This document shows positions 1-9,532 of a stretch of DNA of 64,000 nucleotides, one piece after another. Positions within the stretch are counted from its first letter, which is position 1. Each line of letters begins with the position of its first letter. The stretch lies in NCBI GenBank assembly GCA_963809895.1, contig CAWELD010000010.1:832001-896000 (forward strand). The letters run 5' to 3'. Source of the stretch: an uncultured Gemmatimonadales bacterium (GTDB taxonomy: Bacteria; Gemmatimonadota; Gemmatimonadetes; Longimicrobiales; Gaopeijiaceae). Under the pieces are notes generated by a model, which made no database searches, had not been told where the DNA came from, and saw only the letters and a program-made list of their open reading frames with translations. Both the position numbers and the translations under genes were made by a program.

Positions 1-1488
1 GGGCTCGCGCGCCCAGGCCCCGGGGAAGTACCGGTCGGAGACGGCCCGCAGCAGCGGTTTGCTGAATCCCTCGGAAGCCCGCTTCATGGCGCGCGGGAGC
101 CGTTGCGCGAGTCCCAGGGTACGGCGGCCGAGGTAGGGAAAGGCCAGATGCAGGTCGTTGGCCCGCGATACCGTGTCGAGCTCGAACAGTTGCACCTCAC
201 CCCAGGTGTAGAGTCCGAAGCGCTGGTGGCGTTCGGGCTCCTCCATCGACGCCACCCAGGCACGCGCCAGCGCGTCGTCGGGAAAGGCGCCCTCGCCGAA
301 CACGTCGCCGTGGAGCTCCCGGATGGCGGGATCGAGCACGACCCGGCTCATGCGTTGCAGGTGGGTATGCTCGTTCCAGAGAAGCGTCTTGCGGAGACCC
401 TCCCAGAGCCCGGTCCGCAGCGGGAGGCGTCGCCCGATCAGTCGGCGGAGGGGGGACGGCATCATTCGCGCCAGGGCGTGCTCCCTGCGGAGCTGACGAA
501 CCGTGGCGATGGTGGAGTCGCCGAAGAGCGTGTCGGCGGCCTGGCCGTGGAGAGCGAGGTCGAAGCGTCCGGCCATCCGCCGAAAAACGGCGTGCAGCGC
601 GATGCACCAGTGGTCGTGAGGCACGTCTTCCAGGAGGCCCACGATCTCGGTGGCGGAGGCTCCGGCCTCGTCCAGCTCCAGGGTGAGGACCTCGTGCGCG
701 ACGCCGAGGTGCTCCGCGTAGCGACGGGCTCGCGGCAGCTCGGGATCGTCGGCGTCGGCCCACGTCGGCGTGAGCGCCGTCACGTCGGAGCGCACCTGGG
801 CGGCCAGCGCCAGCAGGAGCGAAGAGTCCACGCCGCCGCTGAGGAGCACCACTGGACGTTCGGCGCCTTCCAGGGCAACGCGCACGTCTTCCAGCAGTGC
901 CCGCTCCGTGTCGTCGACCCAGGCGTCGCGCGATGGACCGGGGTCTTCGGGTGCGAAGTGCAGATCGCGCAGGCGGTGATGCGTCGGCTCGCCGTCTTCT
1001 TCCAGGGTCAGGGCGTAGCCGGGCTGGAGCGCCGACACGTCTTCGAGGACGCTTCCGCGCCCGACGTTCCAGCGGTAGTTGAGGATCTGCTCCAGCGCCG
1101 AGGCCCGCACACGGCGCTGTCCGAGCGTCCGGGCCAGCGGCGCCAGTCGCGTGCTCCAGGCCAGGCAGCCATCGGCCTCGCGGTAGTAGAGACGGCGGTG
1201 TCCCAGGGGACCCCGGAGCAGCGTGACCCGCTCGTTCGTGGGATCCCGGACCGAGAGCACGAACGGTCCGTCGAGCTCGGCCAGGGCCGAGACACCTCCC
1301 TGCCGGTAGAGGGTCGCGATCCGCTCCGCCCCCGCGGGACCGGAGGCGACTCGACACGTGCCCGCCAGGGTGACTTCGATGCCGTCGGGCGAGCGGTACA
1401 CGGACTCGTCCCGCCCGGCCTCGTCCGGAAGCGAGGCGCCGGACGCCGGCGCGCCGCCCGTGGGCGAGAAGGCGTGGGTGCCGATCAC
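1..1488 (-). CDS. Asparagine synthase-related amidotransferase/ligase, partial (runs off left edge)
   Basis: Absent from the ORF track because it has no stop in the window. Manual translation from GTG at 1488 gives ELDGPFVLSVRD..RVTLLRGPLGHRRLYY and VVLLSGGVDSSLLLALAA (AsnB PP-loop SGGxDSS). The + ORF 103..1680 is its shadow. Confidence 0.85.
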   Translation of the reverse strand, partial: MIGTHAFSPTGGAPASGASLPDEAGRDESVYRSPDGIEVTLAGTCRVASGPAGAERIATLYRQGGVSALAELDGPFVLSVRDPTNERVTLLRGPLGHRRLYYREADGCLAWSTRLAPLARTLGQRRVRASALEQILNYRWNVGRGSVLEDVSALQPGYALTLEEDGEPTHHRLRDLHFAPEDPGPSRDAWVDDTERALLEDVRVALEGAERPVVLLSGGVDSSLLLALAAQVRSDVTALTPTWADADDPELPRARRYAEHLGVAHEVLTLELDEAGASATEIVGLLEDVPHDHWCIALHAVFRRMAGRFDLALHGQAADTLFGDSTIATVRQLRREHALARMMPSPLRRLIGRRLPLRTGLWEGLRKTLLWNEHTHLQRMSRVVLDPAIRELHGDVFGEGAFPDDALARAWVASMEEPERHQRFGLYTWGEVQLFELDTVSRANDLHLAFPYLGRRTLGLAQRLPRAMKRASEGFSKPLLRAVSDRYFPGAWAREP

Positions 1489-1498
1489 CGTGCGCGTC

Positions 1499-2542
1499 CT
1501 AGAACGTCGGAATGCGTCGGGCCAGGAGGGGACCCAGACGGTTGGCCACGGGGAGCGGCAGGCGCTGCCAGATGGCCGTGGCCAGTCGGAAGGCGCCCTC
1601 GTCGGCATCCGGTGCGTCGCGGTCGGCGGGCCAACGCAGCCAGGCCAGCGGCTCGTCCTCACCGCCCCACTGGAGCTTGAAGCGGTGCGTCCCCCCGCCG
1701 GGCGTGCAGCGGCCGAAGTTGAAGGTGTCGAGCCCACGCTCGATGCAGCGCTCCATGAACGCCCAGTACAGGAGCATGTTGGGCGCCTGCCGATTGTACT
1801 CCCGGAGCGACGACGCCCAGGTCATCTCGAACTCCCCCCGGTGGTGGAGACCGCATCCGGCCGCCACCGCGACGCCCTCGTGGCGGACCACCCCGAACTC
1901 CACGCGGTCTCCCAACACGTCGGCGAGGGCGTCGAACAACGCCGCCGGCAGCACGGGCGTGCCCAGGTCGCGCATGTTGCGGCTGAAGACCTCGTAGAAG
2001 GCGTGGCGCTCGTCGGGTCCGAACGAGGTTTCCATATCCTCCTTCATGGGACGCCGGATCTGGCTGCGCAGCTTCGAACGGAAGCGGTCCTTGAAGAGCA
2101 CGTCGGGATCGTCGGGAAGGTCCATGAGCACGGTGACCTTTTCACGCCCCGCCGCCAGGGCGTCGTCGTCGGTCGCGGGCGCGCGGCGGTTCCTGAGCTC
2201 CAGCGCGCGGGCTCCGGAACTCCGGGCCTCCTCCAGCGCCCGGCCGGCGAGGGCCCTGCGCGCCTCGCCGCTCCCCGCGGGTCCGCCGTAGTTGAGGTAC
2301 GGCATGGACACGAGCACACGCCCGCCGGTGAGCGCGGGCATCCGGATCAGCGGGAGCACGCCCGTGAGGGCCCCATCGCGTTCCGCCCACAGGTAGAGCG
2401 CCTCGTGCCCGAACGCGCGAGCGAACACCTCTCCCCATCCCGCCAGATGGCAGAAGGTCCCGTCGTCGTGGGCCTCCACGAAGGCGTCCCAGCCCGTTGG
2501 AGGCTCGGAGGCGACATGCAGTTGGGGGGTGGCGGGAGTCAC
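1499..2542 (-). CDS. FemAB-like GNAT protein of XrtA/PEP-CTERM-type EPS loci
   Basis: WDAFV..FCHLAGW, SMPYLNYGG, KLRSQIRR, NMRDLGTP, PNMLLYW, FNFGR, FKLQWG; GTG start overlaps the upstream stop (GTGA). Confidence 0.88.
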   Translation of the reverse strand: MTPATPQLHVASEPPTGWDAFVEAHDDGTFCHLAGWGEVFARAFGHEALYLWAERDGALTGVLPLIRMPALTGGRVLVSMPYLNYGGPAGSGEARRALAGRALEEARSSGARALELRNRRAPATDDDALAAGREKVTVLMDLPDDPDVLFKDRFRSKLRSQIRRPMKEDMETSFGPDERHAFYEVFSRNMRDLGTPVLPAALFDALADVLGDRVEFGVVRHEGVAVAAGCGLHHRGEFEMTWASSLREYNRQAPNMLLYWAFMERCIERGLDTFNFGRCTPGGGTHRFKLQWGGEDEPLAWLRWPADRDAPDADEGAFRLATAIWQRLPLPVANRLGPLLARRIPTF

Positions 2543-3387
2543 GTCGATACGGGGCACCGGCTCTCCAGCGTGTCGGCGATCGGCTTGAAGTCGAACTCCT
2601 CGAGAAGACGCGCCACGCGGCTGCGAGCGCGCCGGGCCCCGCCGTGGAGGCGCAGCGTCAGGAGACGGGGCAGCGGGATGCGCTCCACCTCGGGATCCAG
2701 GTCCCAGGGGTGGACGTAGATGGTGCCGGGCTGGCCGCGCCGTTCGGCCTGGCGGAGCGCGGTCCGGGCCAGCGCCAGCGGAAAGAAGCGCAGGTAGGCT
2801 CCGCCCGCCGCGGGCAGCCGCCGTCCCAGCACGGCGAGTGTGAGCGGGGGAACCTCGAGGATCGATCCCCCGGCGCGCTCGATGACGTAGGGATCCACCT
2901 GGGCGTCGGGATACCCGTAGCCGGGGTGGACGGCGATGGGGAAGAGGCTGGAATCGTACCGGTATCCCTCCTCCAGGAGAACGTCCAGGGCCCACTCCAC
3001 GCCGGGCCGGATGGAGAAGCTGGGAGCCCGGAACCCCAGGACCGGCGTGCCGGTGAGATCCTCGAGCCTGGCCTTGGTGCGGCGCATGGACTCGCGGAAT
3101 TCGTCGGCGGACTGGTCCGTGACCTTGCGGTGATCCCACGAGTGGCCGGCGATCTCGTGTCCGCGGGTCGCGATGGCGCGCACGAGCTCGGGCTCGCGGT
3201 CGGCCATCCACCCGAGCACGAAGAACGTCGCCCGGCTACCGGACTCGTCCAGGAGGTCCAGCAGCCAGTCCACCACCTGCGGTGCCCGGCGGGGAAAGTC
3301 GTCCCATCGTTCGGCGGGCACGCGCTCGGTGAGCGCCGTGGAGTGGAAGAACTCCTCGACGTCGACGGTGAAGTGGTGGCGGATCAC
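2539..3387 (-). CDS. Polysaccharide deacetylase (XrtA-system / DUF3473 type)
   Basis: FTVDVEEFF, ATFFVLGW, GHEIAGHSWDH, GFRAPSFS, YDSSLFP, GGAYLR, YVHPWDLDP; GTGA overlap with the upstream gene. Confidence 0.9.
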   Translation of the reverse strand: MIRHHFTVDVEEFFHSTALTERVPAERWDDFPRRAPQVVDWLLDLLDESGSRATFFVLGWMADREPELVRAIATRGHEIAGHSWDHRKVTDQSADEFRESMRRTKARLEDLTGTPVLGFRAPSFSIRPGVEWALDVLLEEGYRYDSSLFPIAVHPGYGYPDAQVDPYVIERAGGSILEVPPLTLAVLGRRLPAAGGAYLRFFPLALARTALRQAERRGQPGTIYVHPWDLDPEVERIPLPRLLTLRLHGGARRARSRVARLLEEFDFKPIADTLESRCPVST

Positions 3388-4052
3388 GGGGCCTCGGTCG
3401 GCAGGGCGTCGACCAGCGCCTCCAGGCAGCGGTCGAGGCGGTCGAACACGCGCTGGTAGACCTCGGGATCCTCGCCCCAGGGATCGCGAATCGTGCGCAT
3501 GTAGACGGGCTCGGGATCGAGATCGCCCAGGACGAGACGGGGCACGCCGCGCAGCCCGAGGCGCCGCAGGCGCCGGGCGTGCGACGCGTCCACCAGCACG
3601 ACGAGTTCTGCCCGGGCGACCAGCTCGCGGGTGGCGACCCGGGAGCGATGATCGCTCGTGTCCAGACCGCGCCTCTTCGCCAACTCCAGGGCGATCTCGG
3701 CCGGGGGCCGTCCGGGACCGATGAAGCCCGCCGAGTCCACCTCGATGTCGCTCCAGCCGCGCGCCCACACCAGTGCCCGGAAACGGTGCTCGGCGTAGGG
3801 CGAGCGGCACACGTTGCCCAGGCAGAGGAAAAGGACGCTGCGCGGAGGGGCCGCAAGCGCCGCCAGCCGGGCCCGCGCCCGAGCCCGGCGCAGCGGATGG
3901 AGGAGGCCGTCCCGGATGGTCCGCAGCCGACGGCGCACGCGGCCGGCCCAGCGCCTGGCGATGACCAGGAACGGGTCGGGAGCGGGCGGTGGCGCCAAGG
4001 CAGGCAGTGTGTCGTGAGGCAAGGGTGAGGCGTCGGTTCGGCGTTGTTTCAT
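3384..4052 (-). CDS. Low-molecular-weight protein tyrosine phosphatase (Wzb-like)
   Basis: FLCLGNVCRSPYAE (CxxNxCRS), VDSAG, IRDPWG; start uncertain. Confidence 0.88.
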   Translation of the reverse strand: MKQRRTDASPLPHDTLPALAPPPAPDPFLVIARRWAGRVRRRLRTIRDGLLHPLRRARARARLAALAAPPRSVLFLCLGNVCRSPYAEHRFRALVWARGWSDIEVDSAGFIGPGRPPAEIALELAKRRGLDTSDHRSRVATRELVARAELVVLVDASHARRLRRLGLRGVPRLVLGDLDPEPVYMRTIRDPWGEDPEVYQRVFDRLDRCLEALVDALPTEAP

Positions 4053-4254
4053 GCGAGAAACGCGGAATGTTGCAAGAGTGCAGCATTCACCGGGCGAGCC
4101 ACGCTGTGTTCGCATTCTGGCGGAGCAGCGCCGCTGCGGCCAGCTTGGAGGAGGAGCAGGCGGGCTCTCTGCCCCTGATTCAACGCACGACGGGTGCCAG
4201 GCTCCGCCCACCTTCCGCCACCGCACGCCATCCGGACTCCGACCGATCCGCTCC

Positions 4255-5427
4255 GTCCACGAATCCGCCACGCGCCTGCGCCTGTTCGCCGCCGCCAACG
4301 TCGTCCTGATCCTGGCCCTCACGCTGACCCCGGCGAGGGAGCCCGCGCGGGAGGCGTACATGAGCCCGTTCTGCCTGTGGTGCGACGAACGCGCTCTGGC
4401 CGACGGGCTGCTGAACGTGGCCCTGTTCGCACCGCTGGGATGGACGCTCGGCCGCTGGCGGGGGGTCGCGTGGGCCGCCCTCGCCGGGGGGGCGCTCTCG
4501 TTGGGCGTCGAGATCGCCCAATGGGGGATTCCGGGACGGCATCCCAGTGCCACCGACGTGCTGTTCAACGCCGCGGGCGCGGCCCTGGGTGCGGTCCTCG
4601 CCGGACGGCTTTCCCGCACCCTCCCCTGGATGGTGGCCGGGGCGCTCGCCGGCCTCGTGGCACCGATGCTGCTGCTTGCACCATCGCCGCCGGCGGCGGT
4701 CTACTACGGTCAGTGGACGGCGCGCTTCGAGAACATGGCGGCGTACGCGGGTCGGGTGATGGCCGCGTCCGTGGGGGGAGTGGAGATGTCCGACGGGCGT
4801 TCGGCACACTCGCCGGAGGTCCGGCAGGCGCTGGAGCATCGCGAGCGGATCTCGGTGCGTTTCATCGCAGGACCGGAGCCCGCGGGGCTGGCGCCCGTGT
4901 TCTCGGTCTACGACCATCTGCAGCGGGAGATCTTCCTGCTGGGGGTGGATGGGCGAGATCTTGTGTTCCGGCAGTGGATGCGCTCGACGGACCTGAGGCT
5001 GGACGGTCCCGAGCTGAGGTTCCCCGGCGCCCTGGCGGGCGTCAGCCCCGGGGATACGGTCGACGCGGCCGTGTTCGCGGGAGAGACATCACCGTGCATA
5101 TCCCTGAACGGGAGGACGAAGTGCGATATCGCGCCCGGGTTCGCCGCTGGCTGGACCCTGTTGCTCTACCCTCCGCCCTTCGGGATCCCGCTGGCGGAGA
5201 TGGCGGATCTGCTCTGGGTCGGCGCGTTGGCGCTGCCCCTGGGATTCGCCCTCCGGCGCCCGGCGGTGGCTTTGCCGCTGGCCGTCTTGCTGGCCGCGGT
5301 CCTTCTGACCTGGGCTCAGGTCGCGCCGGACACGCGCGCCCAGCCGACCTCGGGCCTTCCGCTGGTTCTGGGGATGGCGCTCGGCGCCGCGCTGGCGCGC
5401 CGTCGACGGGGCGAAGGCGCCGCGTGA
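4255..5427 (+). CDS. VanZ-family membrane protein with extracytoplasmic C-terminal domain
   Basis: DGLLNVALFAPLG, VEIAQWGIPGRHPSATDVLFNAAGAALG; several TM segments; true start not identifiable. Confidence 0.75.
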   Translation, partial: VHESATRLRLFAAANVVLILALTLTPAREPAREAYMSPFCLWCDERALADGLLNVALFAPLGWTLGRWRGVAWAALAGGALSLGVEIAQWGIPGRHPSATDVLFNAAGAALGAVLAGRLSRTLPWMVAGALAGLVAPMLLLAPSPPAAVYYGQWTARFENMAAYAGRVMAASVGGVEMSDGRSAHSPEVRQALEHRERISVRFIAGPEPAGLAPVFSVYDHLQREIFLLGVDGRDLVFRQWMRSTDLRLDGPELRFPGALAGVSPGDTVDAAVFAGETSPCISLNGRTKCDIAPGFAAGWTLLLYPPPFGIPLAEMADLLWVGALALPLGFALRRPAVALPLAVLLAAVLLTWAQVAPDTRAQPTSGLPLVLGMALGAALARRRRGEGAA

Positions 5428-5429
5428 CG

Positions 5430-8353
5430 ATGGCGCGAGGCGTGGTCGGGCTCGCCGCTGCGCTGAGCCTGTGGGCGTCGCCGCTGACTGCCCAGAGCGT
5501 GGTGGCGGGCTCGGTGGAGGGCCTGGTGACCTCCGTCGCCGGCTCGCCCCTCCGCGCCGCCTCGGTGACTCTGGTGGAGGCCCGCACGGGACTCAACCGC
5601 CAGGCTGCATCCGGGTCCGGTGGGTCCTTTTCCTTCACCTTCATCGTCGCCGGCGAATACGACCTCCGCGTCGAGGCTCTGGGCTACCGTCCCCAGCTCA
5701 TGCAGGGCATCATCCTGGGCCCCGGCGAGACGGTGCGTCTCACGATCCAGCTTCCGGCGGAGCCGCCGCCCGTGACCCGCGTGGACACGGTGCGCTACGC
5801 GGCCGGCGGAGGCGGCGCCTGGCCGGGCCTCGGGCACCGCGTCACTGCCCGCGACGTGGATGAGCGCCCGGCCGTGCGCTTCGGTCTGGCGCCCCTCGTC
5901 TCTCTGAGCTCGCAGGCCGACGCGTGGGGGGGATTCCAGGGCGAGGCTCCCGGCGCCAGCATCATCTTCTCCGACGGCGAGCCCTTCCGCGCCGCGCGGC
6001 ATCCGGGCGGGACGGCCGGTGACGTGCTCCTGGGGTCTCCGTTCCCGCGGACCGGCGTATCCGGCCTGGACATTCTCCAGGGGATGGAGGACATCGAGTG
6101 GAACGCCCGGGGTGCGTCGATTCCGGTGCGTACCCGTCCGCGGGGCGGCGCCGGCGGCGGCGCCTACGGGCTCGGATCGTCCGGCCCGATGTGGAACGCC
6201 ACGGCGGTGGAGGACCAGCCGTCGTTGACGTCGCTGTGGGGTGGGGGCGAGGTGTCGCTGGCCCTGGTCCCCGACACGGCCGTCCTGAGCCTGGCGGTCG
6301 AGGGTGGGCGCATCCAGACCGCGCAGCCCCCTTCGCCGTCCGATTCCATCCTGGCTCAACTGTTGAGTGACGGCGACGTGGGGACCGGCGTGAATCAGCT
6401 CACCATGGTGTCGGCCATGGGCCGTGTGGACTGGGGCCTGACCAACGGCGGACAGGTGTCGGCCCGCGCGGGCTTCGGCACCTTCGAGCGCACGCTGGAC
6501 CGGGCGCAGGGCCCGGGGCTCGGCTATGGGGTGGCCATGCCCGCCAAGGGCACCGACGCGTCGGTGTCGGCCGTGGTGGCGACGCCGCTTCAGGACCCGT
6601 TCTTCCTCGAGGTGCGGGGCTCGCTCGGCTACAGCGACCGCGAGTACGAGCCCGATGCCTCGCTGCCGGCAGCCTTCGTCGTAGGACCCCGGGCGCGGGT
6701 GGGCCCGGATCCCTCGGCGCCCGCATCGGTCTCGCGGCTGGACGTGGGCGGTGGCCCGGTGCTGCATTACCGCTCGGGCCCGCACCGCCTGAAGGCCGGT
6801 GCCCGCGTGGACTTCTCCAGCTTCGACTACACCTTCGCCGACGCGTCGCTGGGATCGTATCGCGTACGGCACCACGACGGACGTCTTCCTCGGTCAGGGG
6901 AGCTTCAGCCGCGCCCGCGGCACGCCGGCGGCGACCTTCTCGTCGGCCATGGTGTCGGTCTTCGGGCAGTACCGCTGGACGGCGGCGCCCGGGTCTGGAC
7001 ATCACGGCGGGCATCCGATATCAGCGGCAGTCGTTGCCCACGGGCGATGTGCGACCCTCGACCCGCTGGGCCGAGCTGGCCGGCATGCCCACGGACAGCG
7101 CGCCGGACAAGCTCCCCAACGTGGACGCCCGCATGCACTTCCTCTGGGACGTGCAGGGCAACCGACGCACCTGGATCACCGGTGGCATGTCGCTCCAGTA
7201 CGGTGAGGTGTCCCCTGACGCCCTTGCCGAGTACCTGACCCTCGACGGCGGCGTGCGCGTGCAGCGCGGGTTCGGCGACGTGGGCAGTTGGCCCGCGATC
7301 CCGGACTCGGCGGCGGCCCCCGCGGTGGGTACGCGGCTGGCCATCCTGGGGCCGGGGCTGCAATCCCCCAAGACCGTGCGCGCCGCGGGAGCCCTGGTGC
7401 GGCAGGTGTCGCCCGGGGTCACCCTGGGCGTGGGCGGGACCTACCGGCGGAGCGAGTTCCTGCTGCGCCGCAACGACCTCAATCGGCTGGTGGAGGAGGT
7501 CGGGCGTGACCAGAACGACCGGGCACTCTACGGTGACCTGGATCTCCGTGGTGGCGTGCTGGCCGCCGATCCGTCCACCAACCGGCGCTTCTCCGAGTTC
7601 GAATCGGTGTGGGCGCTGGATCCCGACGGCTGGTCCGAGTACCGGGCCTTCTCGGTGTTCATGGACGCCGAGCTACGGGGCGGCGCGCGGCTGATGGCCG
7701 ACTACACCTATTCCGAGACCACCGACAACATGCTCGGCGCGGCCACGGGCCGGGCCGGCGCGCAGGAAGTACCCGAGATCGACACGCCGGACTGGGAGGA
7801 GGGCGTCTCCGACTTCGACGTACCGCACCGGCTCACGCTCACGGGCTCGGTCCCGCTCCCGCGGGGTGGCGCGCTCTCGGTGGTCTACCGCTTCCGCTCC
7901 GGGCTACCCTTCACGCCCATGGTGGCGGCTGGCCTCGACGCCAACGGCGATGGGTCGGCCTTCAACGACCCGGCGTTCATTCCCACCGGCGCCGTGCTGG
8001 ACGACGTGGCCGCGGCGTGGGATTGCGTCGCGCAGGGTGCGGGCGCGCTGGCGGTGCGCAACAGTTGCCGCGGCGACCCGGTGAGCCGGATCGACGCGCG
8101 CCTGGCCATCGGGCTGGGTACGCCGGGCGGGATGCCCCTCCGGCTGATCGTGGACGGGCTCAACCTCACCGACGTGCCCGAGGGGATCCGGGACGACGCG
8201 CTGCTCATCGCCGATCCCAACGGGGTCGTCACGAAGAGCGGCAGCAGCTACACGGTGCCCTACGCCGTGAACCCCTACTTCGGAGATTACGTGCAGCGTA
8301 CCGACGCCGGCCGGATGATCAGGGTCGGATTCCAGATCGGAGGTGGGTCATGA
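5430..8353 (+). CDS. TonB-dependent-receptor-like (Oar-type) outer membrane protein with N-terminal carboxypeptidase-regulatory-like domain; two apparent frameshifts (~6860, ~6992)
   Basis: Signal peptide; GSVEGLV..PLRAASVT..GEYDLRVEALGY; barrel motifs SDFDVPHRL, RSGLPFT, DANGDG..ND, C-terminal GRMIRVGFQI; pieces lie in ORFs 4194+, 6799+ and 7034+. Confidence 0.8.
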
Positions 8354-9348
8354 CACGGGCGAAGGCGGTACTGACGGCGTTGACGGCCGTGGGCGTCGCG
8401 TGGGCGTGCAACGACCCGGCGGAGCCCGAGGTGCTCACCGTGGATGCGACCGGCACGGTGGTGGGCGTGCTCTTTCAGGACTTCAACGGCAGCGGCCAGG
8501 CCGACGCGGGGGACAAGCCCGTGAAGGGTTGGGTCGTGCGCCTGGAGCAACCGGCCGGGGGCGTGCTGGCCTCGGCGACCACCGACACGGCGGGTGTGTT
8601 CGAGTTCACCGAGATTCCCGCCGGCGAGGCGGTGCTCCGGGTGGATCCGTCCATGTTGGGTGATTCGCTCGAGCTGTTCGGCGTGGCCCTGGATCCGTTC
8701 CTGCTCGCCAAGGACACCACCAGCGACCTGCGGCCCGGCGTGCGCTTCCTGACGTACGACCTCGCGGTGGTGCGCTCACTCCCCACGGGCCGCGTGATCT
8801 TCACGCAGGGCGTGGCGCTCAACTCTCTGGCCGGCGGACGCACGCTCCACCTCAAGGGTCCGGAAGGCTACCTCCGGGTCACCGACATTCTCTCGTTCGG
8901 GCTGCAGCCGGGGGACAGTGTGCGGGTGCGTGGGCGAACCGCGCTGGAGAACGGACAGACGGTGCTCACGGAGGGCGCCGTGTTCCTCGCGGGCTCGACG
9001 GGCCAGACGCCGGAGCCGGTGGTGCTGAGCACGGCGGCGGCCGACGGCGCCTCTTCGGGCGGCCTGGATGCGGCGCTGGTGGAGGTGCGGGACGCCGACA
9101 TCGTCTCGGTGACCGACGAGGACGAAGACGGCATTCGCGTGGTGATCGACGATGGGTCCGGCCCGGTGGTGCTTCGCTACGAAGCTCTCCTGGATCAGAA
9201 CCCCGCCTTGCTGGTGCCGGACTCCACGACCATCGAGCGGGCAAGGGGTCTGCTGGTGCCGTGGGACGACGCCGGTGACGTCCGTTGGGAGATCCGGCCG
9301 CGCACGAAATCCGACGTCAAGCTGGTGCAGCCGCCGCCTCCGGCGTAG
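8350..9348 (+). CDS. Lipoprotein with SdrD-B-like Ig domain and OB-fold-like repeats
   Basis: Lipobox AWAC; GVLFQDFNGSGQADAGD (SdrD-B type); LQPGDSVRVRG and VVIDDGSG (OB-like); ATGA overlap with the barrel gene. Confidence 0.75.
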   Translation: MTRAKAVLTALTAVGVAWACNDPAEPEVLTVDATGTVVGVLFQDFNGSGQADAGDKPVKGWVVRLEQPAGGVLASATTDTAGVFEFTEIPAGEAVLRVDPSMLGDSLELFGVALDPFLLAKDTTSDLRPGVRFLTYDLAVVRSLPTGRVIFTQGVALNSLAGGRTLHLKGPEGYLRVTDILSFGLQPGDSVRVRGRTALENGQTVLTEGAVFLAGSTGQTPEPVVLSTAAADGASSGGLDAALVEVRDADIVSVTDEDEDGIRVVIDDGSGPVVLRYEALLDQNPALLVPDSTTIERARGLLVPWDDAGDVRWEIRPRTKSDVKLVQPPPPA

Positions 9349-9365
9349 AGTAGGCCCCGCACGAG

Positions 9366-9380
9366 TGTTGCGACGCAACA
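9366..9380. promoter_or_regulatory. Perfect inverted repeat TGTTGCG-A-CGCAACA (candidate enhancer or terminator hairpin)
   Basis: Lies inside a larger imperfect IR (CGCACGA...TCGTGCG), about 125 nt upstream of a sigma54-type site. Confidence 0.4.
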
Positions 9381-9430
9381 ACACTTTCGTGCGGCGGCGC
9401 ACCGAGACGGGTCTTCCCCGCAAACAGATG

Positions 9431-9454
9431 AAGTCCTTGATTTTGCAAGGACTT
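9431..9454. promoter_or_regulatory. Palindrome AAGTCCTTG-N6-CAAGGACTT containing an IHF-like site
   Basis: GAAGTCCTTGATT matches IHF consensus YAANNNNTTGATW except at the first base; lies between the candidate enhancer and the sigma54 site. Confidence 0.5.
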
Positions 9455-9503
9455 ACGGGGAGGGGCCACCGTTACCCGCCGGGCCGCGACACTTCGGTGG
9501 TCG

Positions 9504-9519
9504 CGGCCCGGCTCTTGCA
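9504..9519 (+). promoter_or_regulatory. sigma54 -24/-12 promoter candidate
   Basis: CGGCCCGGCTCTTGCA = GG-N10-GC with TTGC, upstream of the membrane protein and PEP-CTERM genes. Confidence 0.6.
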
Positions 9520-9532
9520 AAAGGATATTGGT

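Noticed and set aside
1..1488. Lasso-peptide cyclase interpretation of the AsnB-like gene
   Set aside because: No precursor, B1 or B2 genes visible; the neighbours are EPS-modification genes.
103..1680. Long antisense or alternative-frame ORFs (e.g. 103..1680+, 13771..16110+, 43789..45375+, 46944..49070-, 40278..42065-)
   Set aside because: Shadows of real genes in high-GC DNA; no recognisable motifs.
4066..4087. Imperfect palindrome AATGTTGCA-AGAG-TGCAGCATT between divergent operons
   Set aside because: Single instance, no GG-N10-GC and no assignable regulator.
5430..8353. Pseudogene calls for the frameshifted genes
   Set aside because: All lesions are single extra bases in otherwise intact frames; sequencing error is more parsimonious.
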